Part shown: positions 28,720 through 38,883 of the stretch, piece by piece
Layout of the letters: each line of letters begins with the position of its first letter
How positions within the stretch are numbered: the first letter of the stretch is position 1
Origin: Guillardia theta CCMP2712
Lineage: Eukaryota > Protista > Cryptophyta
Direction of reading: 5' to 3'
Length of the DNA stretch: 64,000 nt
NCBI RefSeq assembly: GCF_000315625.1
Contig: NW_005434537.1
Span: 1 to 64,000 of the forward strand
Notes under the pieces: generated by a model
The model's input: only the letters and a program-made list of their open reading frames with translations
Databases searched by the model: none
Told to the model about the DNA's origin: nothing
Made by a program: the position numbers and the translations under genes

Positions 28720-29436
28720 ATGCCAGGCTGCATCGGCGTCTTCGCCTCCGGGTGGATACGCGTCCTACGCCTGACGGGGTTGTACAGGGACGAGGAGGCC
28801 GTCACCGCGCAGGCCATCAACGGCCTGGTCGTCAGCATCGACCACCTGCGGGGCCAGGAGGACGCGCTCGGCAGCGAGCTGTCCGCCCTCACGCAGCAGA
28901 TCAAGGGCAAGCGCTCGGCCGGCATGAAGGCCCTGAAGCCCCTCCTCCTCAAGTGCAAGCAGAAGCGCGTCCGCCTCACCCAGATCGTACGCAAGCGCGA
29001 GTCATTCGAACACCACCTCGACGTCCTGAACAACACGGAGATCGACCAGACGCTCATCACCACCGTGAAGCAAACGGCCACCGCCATGAAGAGCCTCGGG
29101 ATACACAAGCAGATCGACGACGTCGACACCCTCATGTCCGACCTCGAAGACTCCCACCTCGACGCCAAGGAGATGTCCGACCTCATGTCGTCCCGCCTCG
29201 GGAGGGAGGAGGACCTCGACGACGCAGAACTCGAAGAGGAGCTCAAGGCCCTCCTTGAGATCGACGAGGATGACACCGCCTCCTACCTCCTCCCCTCCGC
29301 GCTGCAGGCTCCATCCCGGAAACAGACCATGGTTGAAGTCCCGCAGGTCACTTCCAGCATGGTATACGCAGATAATCCCAAGGAAGATTTGGAAGAGGAA
29401 AAGAGAGTAGAAGTGCCTTTGGTACCCATATCTTAA
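28720..29436 (+). CDS. Snf7/ESCRT-III family protein (Vps32/CHMP4-like)
   Basis: Basic N-terminal helices (LKPLLLKCKQKRVRLTQI), VKQTATAMKSL…IDDVDTLMSDLED…EMSDLMS, DLDDAELEEELKALL. Confidence 0.85.
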   Translation: MPGCIGVFASGWIRVLRLTGLYRDEEAVTAQAINGLVVSIDHLRGQEDALGSELSALTQQIKGKRSAGMKALKPLLLKCKQKRVRLTQIVRKRESFEHHLDVLNNTEIDQTLITTVKQTATAMKSLGIHKQIDDVDTLMSDLEDSHLDAKEMSDLMSSRLGREEDLDDAELEEELKALLEIDEDDTASYLLPSALQAPSRKQTMVEVPQVTSSMVYADNPKEDLEEEKRVEVPLVPIS

Positions 29437-29476
29437 GCACGAGCATATTTATTTACATACAGACCTCGCCTGCGAA

Positions 29477-29977
29477 TCAGGGAGTGCAAAGGTAGTGTAG
29501 AGCATCGCTACAGCTCGAAAAAGTTAGGTCAACGGGGAATTCATCGACGTAGCCCTCCGACTCGTGCTGGAGCCGCTGAATGTGACTCTCTGCCTTGTCC
29601 CCGTAGACCTTCCTAATTCTACTGAGCTGCTCCTCCTTCCCGACGTCCAACCTTACCAGTAAGAACTTCCGGTCCCGGAGCATCAGGAATTCATCCCAGA
29701 ACCTCACATCGTCGATCACCACCCTCTGATCGGGATGAGAGTCAAGCTTCCGCTCCATCAGCTTGATCCACACTCGGTTGTCGATCTCCCGCATCTTCTG
29801 CCCAAAATCCTGGATCAGCGCACGGTCCTTGCCCGTCATGCCAAAGATCTCCCCTGCGTAGCGCTTGATGGGCTCAGCGAAGCTCAGCCTCTTGAAGCCA
29901 TGGTCCCACTCGAGGTTGGACGCCAGGGTCGTCTTCCCCGCGCACATCCTCCCGCAGATGGCGATTCTTTCATGCAT
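29477..29977 (-). CDS. Deoxynucleoside monophosphate kinase (P-loop)
   Basis: GRMCAGKTT Walker A, SFAEPIK, LIQDFG, VVIDDVRF, HESE. Confidence 0.85.
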   Translation of the reverse strand: MHERIAICGRMCAGKTTLASNLEWDHGFKRLSFAEPIKRYAGEIFGMTGKDRALIQDFGQKMREIDNRVWIKLMERKLDSHPDQRVVIDDVRFWDEFLMLRDRKFLLVRLDVGKEEQLSRIRKVYGDKAESHIQRLQHESEGYVDEFPVDLTFSSCSDALHYLCTP

Positions 29978-30041
29978 GGGATAAGGTCCAGGAGAAAGAA
30001 GTTTTGTGACCGAGGAGGTAAAGCTCTTGTTTTTTTTTTCA

Positions 30042-30494
30042 TTAAACATTATCCATCTCCTGCGCCACCCTCTCCTGCACCCTCTGGGCGACGAACTCGT
30101 CGAGCATGAAGTCGACGGGCTGCGGCAGGGCGAAGCTCGTCCGGTGGGGCTCGGAGATCACCATCTGCATGACGGAGCAGAGTTCCTGCCGCACCTTCAG
30201 CAGCGCATCCTCCCTGCTCAGCTCCTCCCTCTTCAGCATAGCGTCGATATCATGGAATATCCTCGCCAGCTGCTCCACCAGAAGCGTGGACATCCTCCCT
30301 ACCGACTCGTACACGCTAGTGATCCTCTCGTTATGCTCGTCCCGCTCGACACTCAGCGCCAAAAACATCACCATCGACAGAAGCCACTGCAGGTAGCTCA
30401 CCGCTGCCACAGTCTCGTTGCCCTCACCGGTAAGCAGAGCAGTAATGAATAGACCAGTGATGACCGTCATTGTGGCTACCTCCACCAGGTTCAT
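30042..30494 (-). CDS. Membrane protein, two TM segments plus coiled coil
   Basis: Hydrophobic N-terminal segments. Confidence 0.6.
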   Translation of the reverse strand: MNLVEVATMTVITGLFITALLTGEGNETVAAVSYLQWLLSMVMFLALSVERDEHNERITSVYESVGRMSTLLVEQLARIFHDIDAMLKREELSREDALLKVRQELCSVMQMVISEPHRTSFALPQPVDFMLDEFVAQRVQERVAQEMDNV

Positions 30495-30594
30495 ATCTTC
30501 ACATCGCTTGCTCCCAGCGAACATTGGCGAGCGAGTGCCTTGGACATATTTTTGGATGCTTAGATGGGGGTAGGGTGGTTAGAGGGGAAGGAGA

Positions 30595-31102
30595 GGGTGG
30601 GGTACTCACTGGTACTAAATTAAGTAATTATATAATACTTATACAGCCAGGCCTCCCAGGGAAGGCCCCCCCCCCTGGCCAGAATTTGGAAACCGTTAAA
30701 CCGTTAAACCGTTAATTTCAACGGTTCTATATATGTATATACATATATAATATACATATATAATATACATACTATATATGTTACTTAATATGTATAGTAC
30801 TAATTAGTACTGTGTTAAACCCTGTTACACTATATACATTAGTACTATATAGTACTAATACATAGAGCGTAACAGAGAATCACAGAGTACTAATTAGTAC
30901 TATATACATTAAGTAATATATATAGTATGTATATTATATATGTATATTATATATATATATTATATATATACGACCGTTAATCTTAACGGTTTAACGGTTT
31001 AACGGTTTCCAGATTCTGGCCAGGGGGGGGGCCTTCCCTGGGAGGCCTGGCTGTATAAGTATTATATAATTACTTAATTTAGTACCAGTGAGTACCCCAC
31101 CC
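30595..31102. other. 508-bp imperfect AT-rich palindrome with AAACCGTT iterons: candidate replication origin or genome-terminus junction
   Basis: gggtggggtactcactggtactaaattaag… is mirrored by …cttaatttagtaccagtgagtaccccaccc; axis in agtactatatagtact at 30848/30849; ORF-free. Confidence 0.9.
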
Positions 31103-31215
31103 CCAAATATCCCATTCACAGGGAGTAGGGGTGGTAAACCACCCCTGTTTTTTTTTGTTTTTCTTGCTTCCCGCGTTCAAGCCCGTCGACTCCCGCGCCG
31201 CCGCTCCCTGCCGCC

Positions 31216-31971
31216 ATGGAGGGGAAGGAGCAGCCGATGCGGGTGGTGAGCTCACTGACGGGGGAGAGCTTCCGTTCCCATGAGGTGTGTGTGATGTGTG
31301 GGGTTCTTCTCGGAACGGGGGATGGTCGTCGGAGCAAGACGGCGCGGACCTTTCAGTGCATGTTAGACAACCGCTGGCGGGAGACGCCGTATGTTTGGGC
31401 TTCGGTGAGAGAGGTGGCGGGGGCGAGGAAGGATCCCAACTACCGCTTGACGGCCTGCACGGCCTGCATCAACTGGATACGGAGGTCGGTGCCGAGCAAC
31501 GAGCACGCAGAGCAGAGCGTGGGGAAGCGGAAGGTGTACCTCCTGATCGACCGGCTGATCTGCTTCTCCCTTGCTCCCGGGGAGGTGGCGTGCCCAGACA
31601 TGCGGAACATGCGGAGGCTTCTTTCCTGCCTCCTTGATGAGAGGGTAGTGGGGAAGGAGCGGGTGGTGAACTACTACCGCGCCGCTGTGCTGCCCGAGCA
31701 CCTGCGTCAGGCGCTGGAGGAGTGCGGCGGTGAGGTGAACTCGTTCATCCGGAGGGTGGTGCTGCGCTGGTTCAGGGACGTCAACAATAGCTCTCCGGTC
31801 TTCCGCCATCCCAACACCGCCTACATCGTGCGGAAAGCGCTGGGGTGGACGAAATGGGATAGCAGCGTGCGGGTATGTATTAAACGTGATGGCAGTGAAT
31901 GGGATGGCGAGGAGGACGAAGATGCAACATTCGGGTGTGATGAGCTCGGGAGCCCCGTCGACGGCGCCTGA
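31216..31971 (+). CDS. Zn-finger-like protein
   Basis: CVMC and CTAC motifs; 251 aa. Confidence 0.75.
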   Translation: MEGKEQPMRVVSSLTGESFRSHEVCVMCGVLLGTGDGRRSKTARTFQCMLDNRWRETPYVWASVREVAGARKDPNYRLTACTACINWIRRSVPSNEHAEQSVGKRKVYLLIDRLICFSLAPGEVACPDMRNMRRLLSCLLDERVVGKERVVNYYRAAVLPEHLRQALEECGGEVNSFIRRVVLRWFRDVNNSSPVFRHPNTAYIVRKALGWTKWDSSVRVCIKRDGSEWDGEEDEDATFGCDELGSPVDGA

Positions 31972-32308
31972 CACCACCCTGGAGGTGTGCTGCGTGGGCA
32001 TCGCCGATCCGCAGTATATGCCCGAAGCGCTGCACGAGGTAGAGCGGAGGGTAAGGGCGGAGGCGCTGGCAGAGGCGGAGGGAGTGCCTTGCGCTGCGCT
32101 GGAGGCCGGGAGCTGGAAGGAGTTTCGCGGGAGCGCGCTGGCCTGGGCCCGTGGGTACCGTTCCTCTCCTCCCTCGGGTTGTGTCCTTCCGCATAACCTT
32201 GGCGTGGTCTCCTTCGTTAGTGGCATGCTATCGTACCGCGTGCCGCAGGTGGAGGCAAGGGAGCCCGAGACGGGGAGGAAGAGGAAGGATCACGAGGATG
32301 AGTGCTAG
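31940..32308 (+). CDS. Hypothetical protein
   Basis: ORF from MSSGAPST followed by AATAAA at ~32317. Confidence 0.55.
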   Translation: MSSGAPSTAPDTTLEVCCVGIADPQYMPEALHEVERRVRAEALAEAEGVPCAALEAGSWKEFRGSALAWARGYRSSPPSGCVLPHNLGVVSFVSGMLSYRVPQVEAREPETGRKRKDHEDEC

Positions 32309-32401
32309 TGTTTTGGAATAAAGCAAGGATGTTTTGTCTCCATCGCCCCCACCACCCCTTCTATGCATGTATATAAATCGCTTGTTTGCCTAGCACCCAA
32401 G

Positions 32402-34747
32402 ATGTCGGCCAGGGTCCGCGTGCGTGCGAGGTTGTCGGGTGCGGCAGGGAGTGACTTGAAGGACGAAATCTTGAACGTGAAGGGGGCAAAGATGCCCTTC
32501 GTCGGAGCGGTGCGCATAGTGTGTGAGAGGAAGGGCGTGGAGCACGACATCATTGAGCACGCGATGGCATGGGTGGGCTGCCGGAACTCGTACTCGGCGG
32601 TGCCGCTGGGGGAGGGGCTGTTCGTGGTGTCGGGAGACCTGGCGGAGGCGGAGGTCAGAGACCTGCAGCTGATGGCGGTGGCGCCCGGTCCTTCTCCGGA
32701 ACAGCTGGCGATGATGGGCGCCCCGCCGAACTCCAAGGACATCCATGTCGGGACGGGGAGGGTGCCGCTGCGTGGCCTGCTGGAAGTGTCCTGCGGGGAC
32801 GTCGGGAGCGTCGAAGAGGATAAGCCCAGGAGCGCGCTGATGAGCATCGGGTACGACCCTGTCCAGCCCGACGTCGAGCTGAAGGTGCAGGCGGTGCCGC
32901 TGCCGGAGGGGATGCGGGGGAGGTTCCGGGAGATGAACCGGGCGGCGCTGCGGGCCTTTGGTGCGATGGAGGAGACGCTCATCCCCATGGGCCAGGACCG
33001 CATCCACCGCTACAACATGCGGCAGAACCTGATCTCACAACGCTTCTACGCGGAGCTGCTGCAGCGCGGGATCAAGCGGCACCCGGAGGGGGTGATGACC
33101 GGGTCGTTTGTGAGCAGCATCGGGAACACGCTCGTGGATCTGTTGACGAACATGGATGTGATCATGCAGGAGAAGATCCGGCTCTCGAGGACGACGGCGC
33201 TCGACGCCTTTGGCATCACCTCGTCCCTGTTCCGGATGACGGGGCTGTCGTTCCACGACCGCATCGACGCGAGGTCAGCGGCCGACTGCCTGGCCAACGT
33301 CGGCGGGCTGTTTGCCTCGGACTTCACCTACGCCAGCGACGTCAAGCCCGTATTGGCGGAGAAGACGCCGCGGGACCTGAAGCCAATCATCGAGAGGGAG
33401 GAGGGGGATGGTTACGTCATCGAGGTGTACGAAGATAGTGAAGAGCAGGAGAAGGTGCCCTCCTACGCGATGAGCGAGGACATCATGGTGCCGTTCTCGG
33501 ATATCTACCTGAGGTCTGCGCGGGCGGGGGATGCTTTTGGAGCTTCTATCGGAGCCAGGATCAAGAATCGCACCCCCGGGGAGTCGCTCTTCAACCACCT
33601 GGACAAGAAGCGCCGGGGCTACATCGAGGGCCTGCGCCACGGGGACTGCGAGGACCTGGCTCACATGGCGATCCTTCAGTTCAGCTACATGCGCCGCTTC
33701 TGCGTGAGGCTGAGTAGCAAGTGCGGGGTGATCTACGACGAGTACCCCGACCTCGAACGCATGGAGCCGGAGAAGTTCGCGGGTGTGGTGCTCGAGTCAC
33801 TCCGCGGGCAGCCCGAGCTAAAGGAGTGGACGGACGACGAGCTCCGGGGCGTGCTGCGGCAGTGCGGGGAGTTTGGGGAGCACATCCATGACACCTCCAT
33901 GCGGGCGGTGCTGATGACGGCCAAGGCGGCGAAGATGTCGGCGTCGGGCAAGCCGATGAACATGCACCCCGCGGGCCACTGCGCGGCAATGATCGTCCGC
34001 GGGAATTCGAGCGTCAAGAGTATTCCGAGCAGCGCCGTCGTCTCCTCCTCTGCCGAAAACGACCAGAGCAGCTACGACCGCATCCTGACGGAGCTGACGA
34101 CGGCGGTAAGGATCGAGAGCTTCGCGGGGCGGGGCGAGGTGGTTGGGCAGCCGAGTGCCTACGTGTCGCAGAAGATCCAGGCGGCGGGAGGACCGCCCAC
34201 CCCGCTGACGGAGGCTGCCTTCTACAATCAGTGCACGATGCTCATGGCGCCGTCGCGGGAGATGAAGCCCTGGATGCACATCGGGAAGCTGGACGGCATC
34301 TTCTGGCACGTGGTGTCGACGATCGGGGACACAATACTGGTGAAGAACTCCGTCGCGGGGGTGCCGATCTCCGAGGCGGTAAGCACCTCCGACCCCTCCC
34401 TGCGCGGTATCAAAATCGACTTTACGGAGGAGGAGAAAAAGGAGACCCTGCTGATGGCGCGCTACGCGCTGCCCCCGATCGAGAGCAGCACCGCCCTGAT
34501 CGGGAAGAAGCTCGACCGCCCTCTGGGACGCTGCCTCTACGGCCCTGACACCATCCCGATTAGCTATGTCCTTGCTCCTAGTAAGGCCGCGGAGGTCGCC
34601 GCCTGGGTGGGGCAGAACCAGGCGCAGCGCTACCAGGTGACACTGGGCGGGAAGATCATCGCTGTTCACCAGATGAACAAGTGCGCGATGAAGGGACTGC
34701 GCGAGAGTCTGATGAAGAAGGACAGGGTCAGTTTTGTGAATCTTTAG
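32402..34747 (+). CDS. Large protein with transglutaminase/papain-like catalytic motifs
   Basis: HGDCEDLA and PAGHCAA motifs; TATATAAA at 32370. Confidence 0.65.
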   Translation: MSARVRVRARLSGAAGSDLKDEILNVKGAKMPFVGAVRIVCERKGVEHDIIEHAMAWVGCRNSYSAVPLGEGLFVVSGDLAEAEVRDLQLMAVAPGPSPEQLAMMGAPPNSKDIHVGTGRVPLRGLLEVSCGDVGSVEEDKPRSALMSIGYDPVQPDVELKVQAVPLPEGMRGRFREMNRAALRAFGAMEETLIPMGQDRIHRYNMRQNLISQRFYAELLQRGIKRHPEGVMTGSFVSSIGNTLVDLLTNMDVIMQEKIRLSRTTALDAFGITSSLFRMTGLSFHDRIDARSAADCLANVGGLFASDFTYASDVKPVLAEKTPRDLKPIIEREEGDGYVIEVYEDSEEQEKVPSYAMSEDIMVPFSDIYLRSARAGDAFGASIGARIKNRTPGESLFNHLDKKRRGYIEGLRHGDCEDLAHMAILQFSYMRRFCVRLSSKCGVIYDEYPDLERMEPEKFAGVVLESLRGQPELKEWTDDELRGVLRQCGEFGEHIHDTSMRAVLMTAKAAKMSASGKPMNMHPAGHCAAMIVRGNSSVKSIPSSAVVSSSAENDQSSYDRILTELTTAVRIESFAGRGEVVGQPSAYVSQKIQAAGGPPTPLTEAAFYNQCTMLMAPSREMKPWMHIGKLDGIFWHVVSTIGDTILVKNSVAGVPISEAVSTSDPSLRGIKIDFTEEEKKETLLMARYALPPIESSTALIGKKLDRPLGRCLYGPDTIPISYVLAPSKAAEVAAWVGQNQAQRYQVTLGGKIIAVHQMNKCAMKGLRESLMKKDRVSFVNL

Positions 34748-34768
34748 GGTTTTTATGAATAGTCTTTT

Positions 34769-35134
34769 TTATTCCTCTCTTTCGATTGCCTCCTCTGACC
34801 TTCCCGGCGTCTGCTGGACGTCTTCGGGAGTGACCGCGGGACTCGCTGCTTCGTTTCCCGCTCCTTCTTCCCCTGCTGTTCCCGTCTCTTCCACTGGCAG
34901 GATGGGAGTGAGCGTCTCTGGAACTTCAGGGACGGGAAGCGGGAGGGGAGTTTGAGAGACAGGCACGCGCTGAAAAAGCGGTTGGGTGAGGGCCGGGAGG
35001 GAAGGGGCGGTGAGCACAGGGAGGGAGGGGGCGGACAGGTGAGAGGGGTGAGTGCCGAGCGTCTGGAAGGAGTACGAGAGCGGGAGCGGTGTGAGTCCGA
35101 CGAGGGCGGCGGCGAGCATGGTTACTGTCTTCAT
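34769..35134 (-). CDS. Small secreted Pro-rich protein
   Basis: Signal-peptide-like MKTVTMLAAALVGL; APSLP repeats; TATATAAAA upstream. Confidence 0.6.
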   Translation of the reverse strand: MKTVTMLAAALVGLTPLPLSYSFQTLGTHPSHLSAPSLPVLTAPSLPALTQPLFQRVPVSQTPLPLPVPEVPETLTPILPVEETGTAGEEGAGNEAASPAVTPEDVQQTPGRSEEAIEREE

Positions 35135-35172
35135 CTTCTAGAGAATTACACCGTGGGAGCGTTTTATATACC

Positions 35173-35790
35173 CTAGGGTGCGGCTGTGAAGGCGCGCAGG
35201 ATACCGTCACATACAGAGTTGAATACGTCGACGACGATCCCGTAGAGCTCCGGGGTGAAGACGACGAGGACGAGATCCTTGGGGTGTGTCCTGACGTGCC
35301 CTCCGACGAAGGTTAGCGCGACCGGGAGAACGAGGATGAGCAGCTCTGTTGCCGTGCGCGCGATGCTCCCACCGACGATGACCCTCCTGCCGATGCCATC
35401 CAGCGTGGTCGCCATGGTGTAGAGCATGTGGACGTTGCAGAAGCAGCCGAGCAGCACCACCAGGCTGGGCTCCAGGGTGACCAGGCGGACGAGCAGCGCG
35501 GTGTACACCACCCACGCCTCCAGGAAGTGCATGACGTACTCCAGGGTCTTCCCGTCGGCCCCCGAGGTGTAGACCAGGCTGGGTAGGAAGCACGCCACCA
35601 GGTGGAAGAGCGTGACGGCCGGGAAGAGGAAGGCCTGCGCTACCGTGAGGCGGTAGCTCTGGGCGGGGCTCTTGTCGAAGTGGAAGCCCCCCACCTCGAC
35701 TAGGGTGGGAATGTAGTAGAAGGCCAGGCAGTAGCACTTCAGCAGCGTCGGGCAGCTGTTGTGGAAGCAGGGGCGGCTTGTGATGGGCAT
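35173..35790 (-). CDS. Multi-pass membrane protein
   Basis: 205 aa, about 5-6 hydrophobic segments. Confidence 0.75.
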   Translation of the reverse strand: MPITSRPCFHNSCPTLLKCYCLAFYYIPTLVEVGGFHFDKSPAQSYRLTVAQAFLFPAVTLFHLVACFLPSLVYTSGADGKTLEYVMHFLEAWVVYTALLVRLVTLEPSLVVLLGCFCNVHMLYTMATTLDGIGRRVIVGGSIARTATELLILVLPVALTFVGGHVRTHPKDLVLVVFTPELYGIVVDVFNSVCDGILRAFTAAP

Positions 35791-35943
35791 CTCTGGAGGC
35801 GGAGGGGCGCGGGGAAGCGCCGCACGCGATTATAGGCCGCTGTTTTTTTTTTGTTCTGTTTTTTTTGACACACGGGAATTATTAATAAACGAACTTTATT
35901 GCAACAGTTATGCAGCTCGGGACTAGAAGTAGACCTTTCACTC

Positions 35944-36213
35944 TTAGTTGCTCAATAAGTCAATCAGCGAGCTGATATGCAAGTTCATGGTCTCGATCTC
36001 ATCCATCACCTTCTTGATGCTGGCGACTTCCGCAGCCAGTTTGCTGTGGATCTCCTGTGGGGTGGCTGTTTCGTCGATCTTGACGATGTTGTCACAGGTG
36101 TCGTTCAACATGGCATGGAAACGATTTTCCTTTTTGAAGCAAATGAGCTCGAACTTAAACATGCTGAATGCGGAAATAATACCGTCGAGCGTGCGTTTGA
36201 TGGACATGGACAT
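35944..36213 (-). CDS. Small helical protein
   Basis: 89 aa; TATTTAA at 36255-36261. Confidence 0.6.
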   Translation of the reverse strand: MSMSIKRTLDGIISAFSMFKFELICFKKENRFHAMLNDTCDNIVKIDETATPQEIHSKLAAEVASIKKVMDEIETMNLHISSLIDLLSN

Positions 36214-36267
36214 CTTTGAAGTGCTTTGGCGTGGTGTGAACTTCTCCGCCGCATTTAAATAAGCGGC

Positions 36268-36822
36268 TCACCGGAACTCGTAATTGACATCGTATCTCAA
36301 TAGTTCTCCCTCCACCTCCTCGCGGACTCGCCTGGCCGCTTCCCTGGGGAAGACGTCTCTGGGATTCTTGCTGTTGAACTTTCGGTGGTACCCGGGAGCC
36401 ATGCCGATGCCCTCCAGTATGACAGTCTTGATCTGCGAATTCTGGGTGAGGATGTGGCGGAGGGCGCTGGTGACGGTCCTGGCGTAGCTCCCCACGATCT
36501 TGTAGCAGGCGACGTTGGCCCTGTGGCGGAGCGGGGCGATGTCCCTGAAGTCGATGATGCTCTGCTCGTTGCCGCCGATGTAGGGGTGGCGCGGCGTCAG
36601 GATCCATTGGGCGGAGGCCAGGCGATCACGATTGAGCTGGACCCAGGTCTCTGAGTCCGTGGATGCAACCACCTGCGGATTCGTGATGTGGTCCGCCACC
36701 TCGTTGATGTAGAGGTTCAACGCCCCCGGGGTTGGCACCCCTTTGAAGCTTGGACCCTTGCCGTGGACGTGCAAGGTGGTGTAGCACTGGGTGTAGGCGA
36801 GGAAGGCCATGGGGCGGTCCAT
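36268..36822 (-). CDS. Hypothetical protein
   Basis: 184-aa GC3-biased ORF. Confidence 0.7.
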   Translation of the reverse strand: MDRPMAFLAYTQCYTTLHVHGKGPSFKGVPTPGALNLYINEVADHITNPQVVASTDSETWVQLNRDRLASAQWILTPRHPYIGGNEQSIIDFRDIAPLRHRANVACYKIVGSYARTVTSALRHILTQNSQIKTVILEGIGMAPGYHRKFNSKNPRDVFPREAARRVREEVEGELLRYDVNYEFR

Positions 36823-36825
36823 GAT

Positions 36826-37218
36826 TCAGAGCCTTTTTTTATATTCGGATAAATAGGACTGCGCCTGAAGATCCTCCCAACCTAGCTTGGCGTAGAGTTC
36901 CAGGATCATCTCGGCGGATCGCCTCATGCAGTCCCTTTCGGTTCCTTCATACTTGATGTGGTAAAGACAGTCGTGGATCTTCTCTAGCTTCTCGATGCTC
37001 GCCCTCACGTGGTACTTCAGCATTGGAAAGTTGTTGATCGCGTTTACCAGCATGCGGTAAAGGGGGATGGGGATGTTGTTTCTGGCAATCCTCTTCTCGA
37101 TTCTCAGTGCCTCCCTCGCGTAGGGATCTTCCAATTCGTTATTCTTGTTCAGAATATCACTGTAGTGGTTCAAGACGTTCATATCATGATTCCACAGGTC
37201 TATGCAGGTCGTGGCCAT
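36826..37218 (-). CDS. Hypothetical protein
   Basis: 130-aa ORF. Confidence 0.65.
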   Translation of the reverse strand: MATTCIDLWNHDMNVLNHYSDILNKNNELEDPYAREALRIEKRIARNNIPIPLYRMLVNAINNFPMLKYHVRASIEKLEKIHDCLYHIKYEGTERDCMRRSAEMILELYAKLGWEDLQAQSYLSEYKKRL

Positions 37219-37406
37219 GGTTTTCTGGGTGGTTCCGGGTTCGTCGGCTTTTTATTGACCCATCTAGAAAAAAAAACTCCCCGTCAAAAAAAATGACATC
37301 GAAAAAAAAAAATAAAATGTCTTATCGAAAAAAAAACTCCCCTGGTCTGTCTTTTTAATTGCCTCCATGTAGCCATCTCCCTGCATTTGCACCATCCTGC
37401 CAAAGG

Positions 37407-38822
37407 ATGAATGCACTCCATCCGCTCGACCTTCCCGCCGAGCCCCTCCAGGAGTATCCCGAGGAGGAGAAGGCCTTCATCATACCCACCGAAAAGTCTT
37501 CAGTCATTGCTAGCGCCTCTATCCCAGCGGACCCCGTCGAGCACGGCCTCCGTGTGCTGTACCGCTGCCTCCTCTCGACCCCCTTCTTCGGGGTGGTGCA
37601 GCAGACGTTCTTCCGGGGCAATGTCACCTGCGCGGACGTGATGCTGGAGACAGACAGGTCGAAGATACGGAAGGTGGAAGTGGCGGACCTGAAGGCCTTC
37701 GTCCGGAAGTACCTCGACCCTCTCAGGAGCTTCCACTTCGGCTGTGAGTACAACCAACCCATCCACCGGGAGCGGATCATGACCCACGGCTTCGCGCCCG
37801 CCTTCCGCGTGCTGAGCCTGGACATCGACTCGGCGATGAGCGTGGAGCCCTTCTGGAAGCAGCAGGCGTTCATGACCTGCCTCCTCGCGAACGCGGTGCT
37901 GCGGCGCTTCATGCCCGCGGAGGCGACCGAGCGCCACGTGCTGGTGTGCTTCACCGGGGGAGGGTGGCATGTCTACTTCGCCTGCGCAAGGCTGGCAAAG
38001 AGTCAGGCGCGGTGGGCGATCGTCGAGAACATCTCCCGCGCCTCGCTGTTTGCGACGGAGCGGGGTGGGGGCAGCAACCCGCGCTTTCGCCGTGACAGGG
38101 AGGGATTCCTGCAGCTTCCGTTCGGCTGTGAGTGGGTGGATGGGGACCTGTTGCATAGGCGGGTGGACGAAGCCCCTGATGTCGTCTGGAAATCGCGGGA
38201 GGATATAGCCTTGCTAGTGGATAACCTGGGTTACTTCCTGCGGGACACGCAGGGGAGGCATCGGGAGTGGCTGGGGGAGAAGGGTCCCATCGTCTCCGTC
38301 CTCCGAAGCGTGCGCCACATCCCCCATACACTGGATGTCAAGGAGAGATTGGATGGCCTTGTGCGGGAGGTGCGGGAGGGAAGGGTGAGGCTGATGGGTC
38401 CGCTGTTCTCGTCGCTATCCCGCATCTCGCAGTTCGAGAACATGCAGGCGAGGAGGAGTTGCGTCGCCGACGCGGCTTGGCTCAAGGGCGCGGTGATGTA
38501 CGCCTGCATCAGCCATGATTGCTTCGTGAGCGGCTACCATGTCGACCAGAACTGCGGCCAGATGCAGCAGATGCTCCGCGGCCCTCTCTCCGCCAAGGTG
38601 AGGGCCTCGGGGGGGTGCTTCCTGTCCTACCCCATCGGGAATCTGTCGGAAGTGCTCCAGGCGACCTACAAGGAGGCCGTCGTGCGCGTCACCGACCTGT
38701 CCGATACCTACGACATCGAGAAGCAGCCAATACTGAAGAAGGGCCTCGTCAGGTTCTACGCCTGGGCAAGGCTAATGCGCCGGAGTACGAATCGAGGAAG
38801 GGATGCCGAGGATAACGATTAA
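37407..38822 (+). CDS. Archaeo-eukaryotic primase catalytic subunit (PriS-like)
   Basis: Motif I LSLDID, motif II FTGGGWHVY, motif III VDQNC…MLRGPLSAK…SYPI. Confidence 0.8.
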   Translation: MNALHPLDLPAEPLQEYPEEEKAFIIPTEKSSVIASASIPADPVEHGLRVLYRCLLSTPFFGVVQQTFFRGNVTCADVMLETDRSKIRKVEVADLKAFVRKYLDPLRSFHFGCEYNQPIHRERIMTHGFAPAFRVLSLDIDSAMSVEPFWKQQAFMTCLLANAVLRRFMPAEATERHVLVCFTGGGWHVYFACARLAKSQARWAIVENISRASLFATERGGGSNPRFRRDREGFLQLPFGCEWVDGDLLHRRVDEAPDVVWKSREDIALLVDNLGYFLRDTQGRHREWLGEKGPIVSVLRSVRHIPHTLDVKERLDGLVREVREGRVRLMGPLFSSLSRISQFENMQARRSCVADAAWLKGAVMYACISHDCFVSGYHVDQNCGQMQQMLRGPLSAKVRASGGCFLSYPIGNLSEVLQATYKEAVVRVTDLSDTYDIEKQPILKKGLVRFYAWARLMRRSTNRGRDAEDND

Positions 38823-38883
38823 GGGCCATTTATTCTAAGATCTAGAAAGGGTAGGTCTACCAAAGAGTCGAATATGACGCTGT

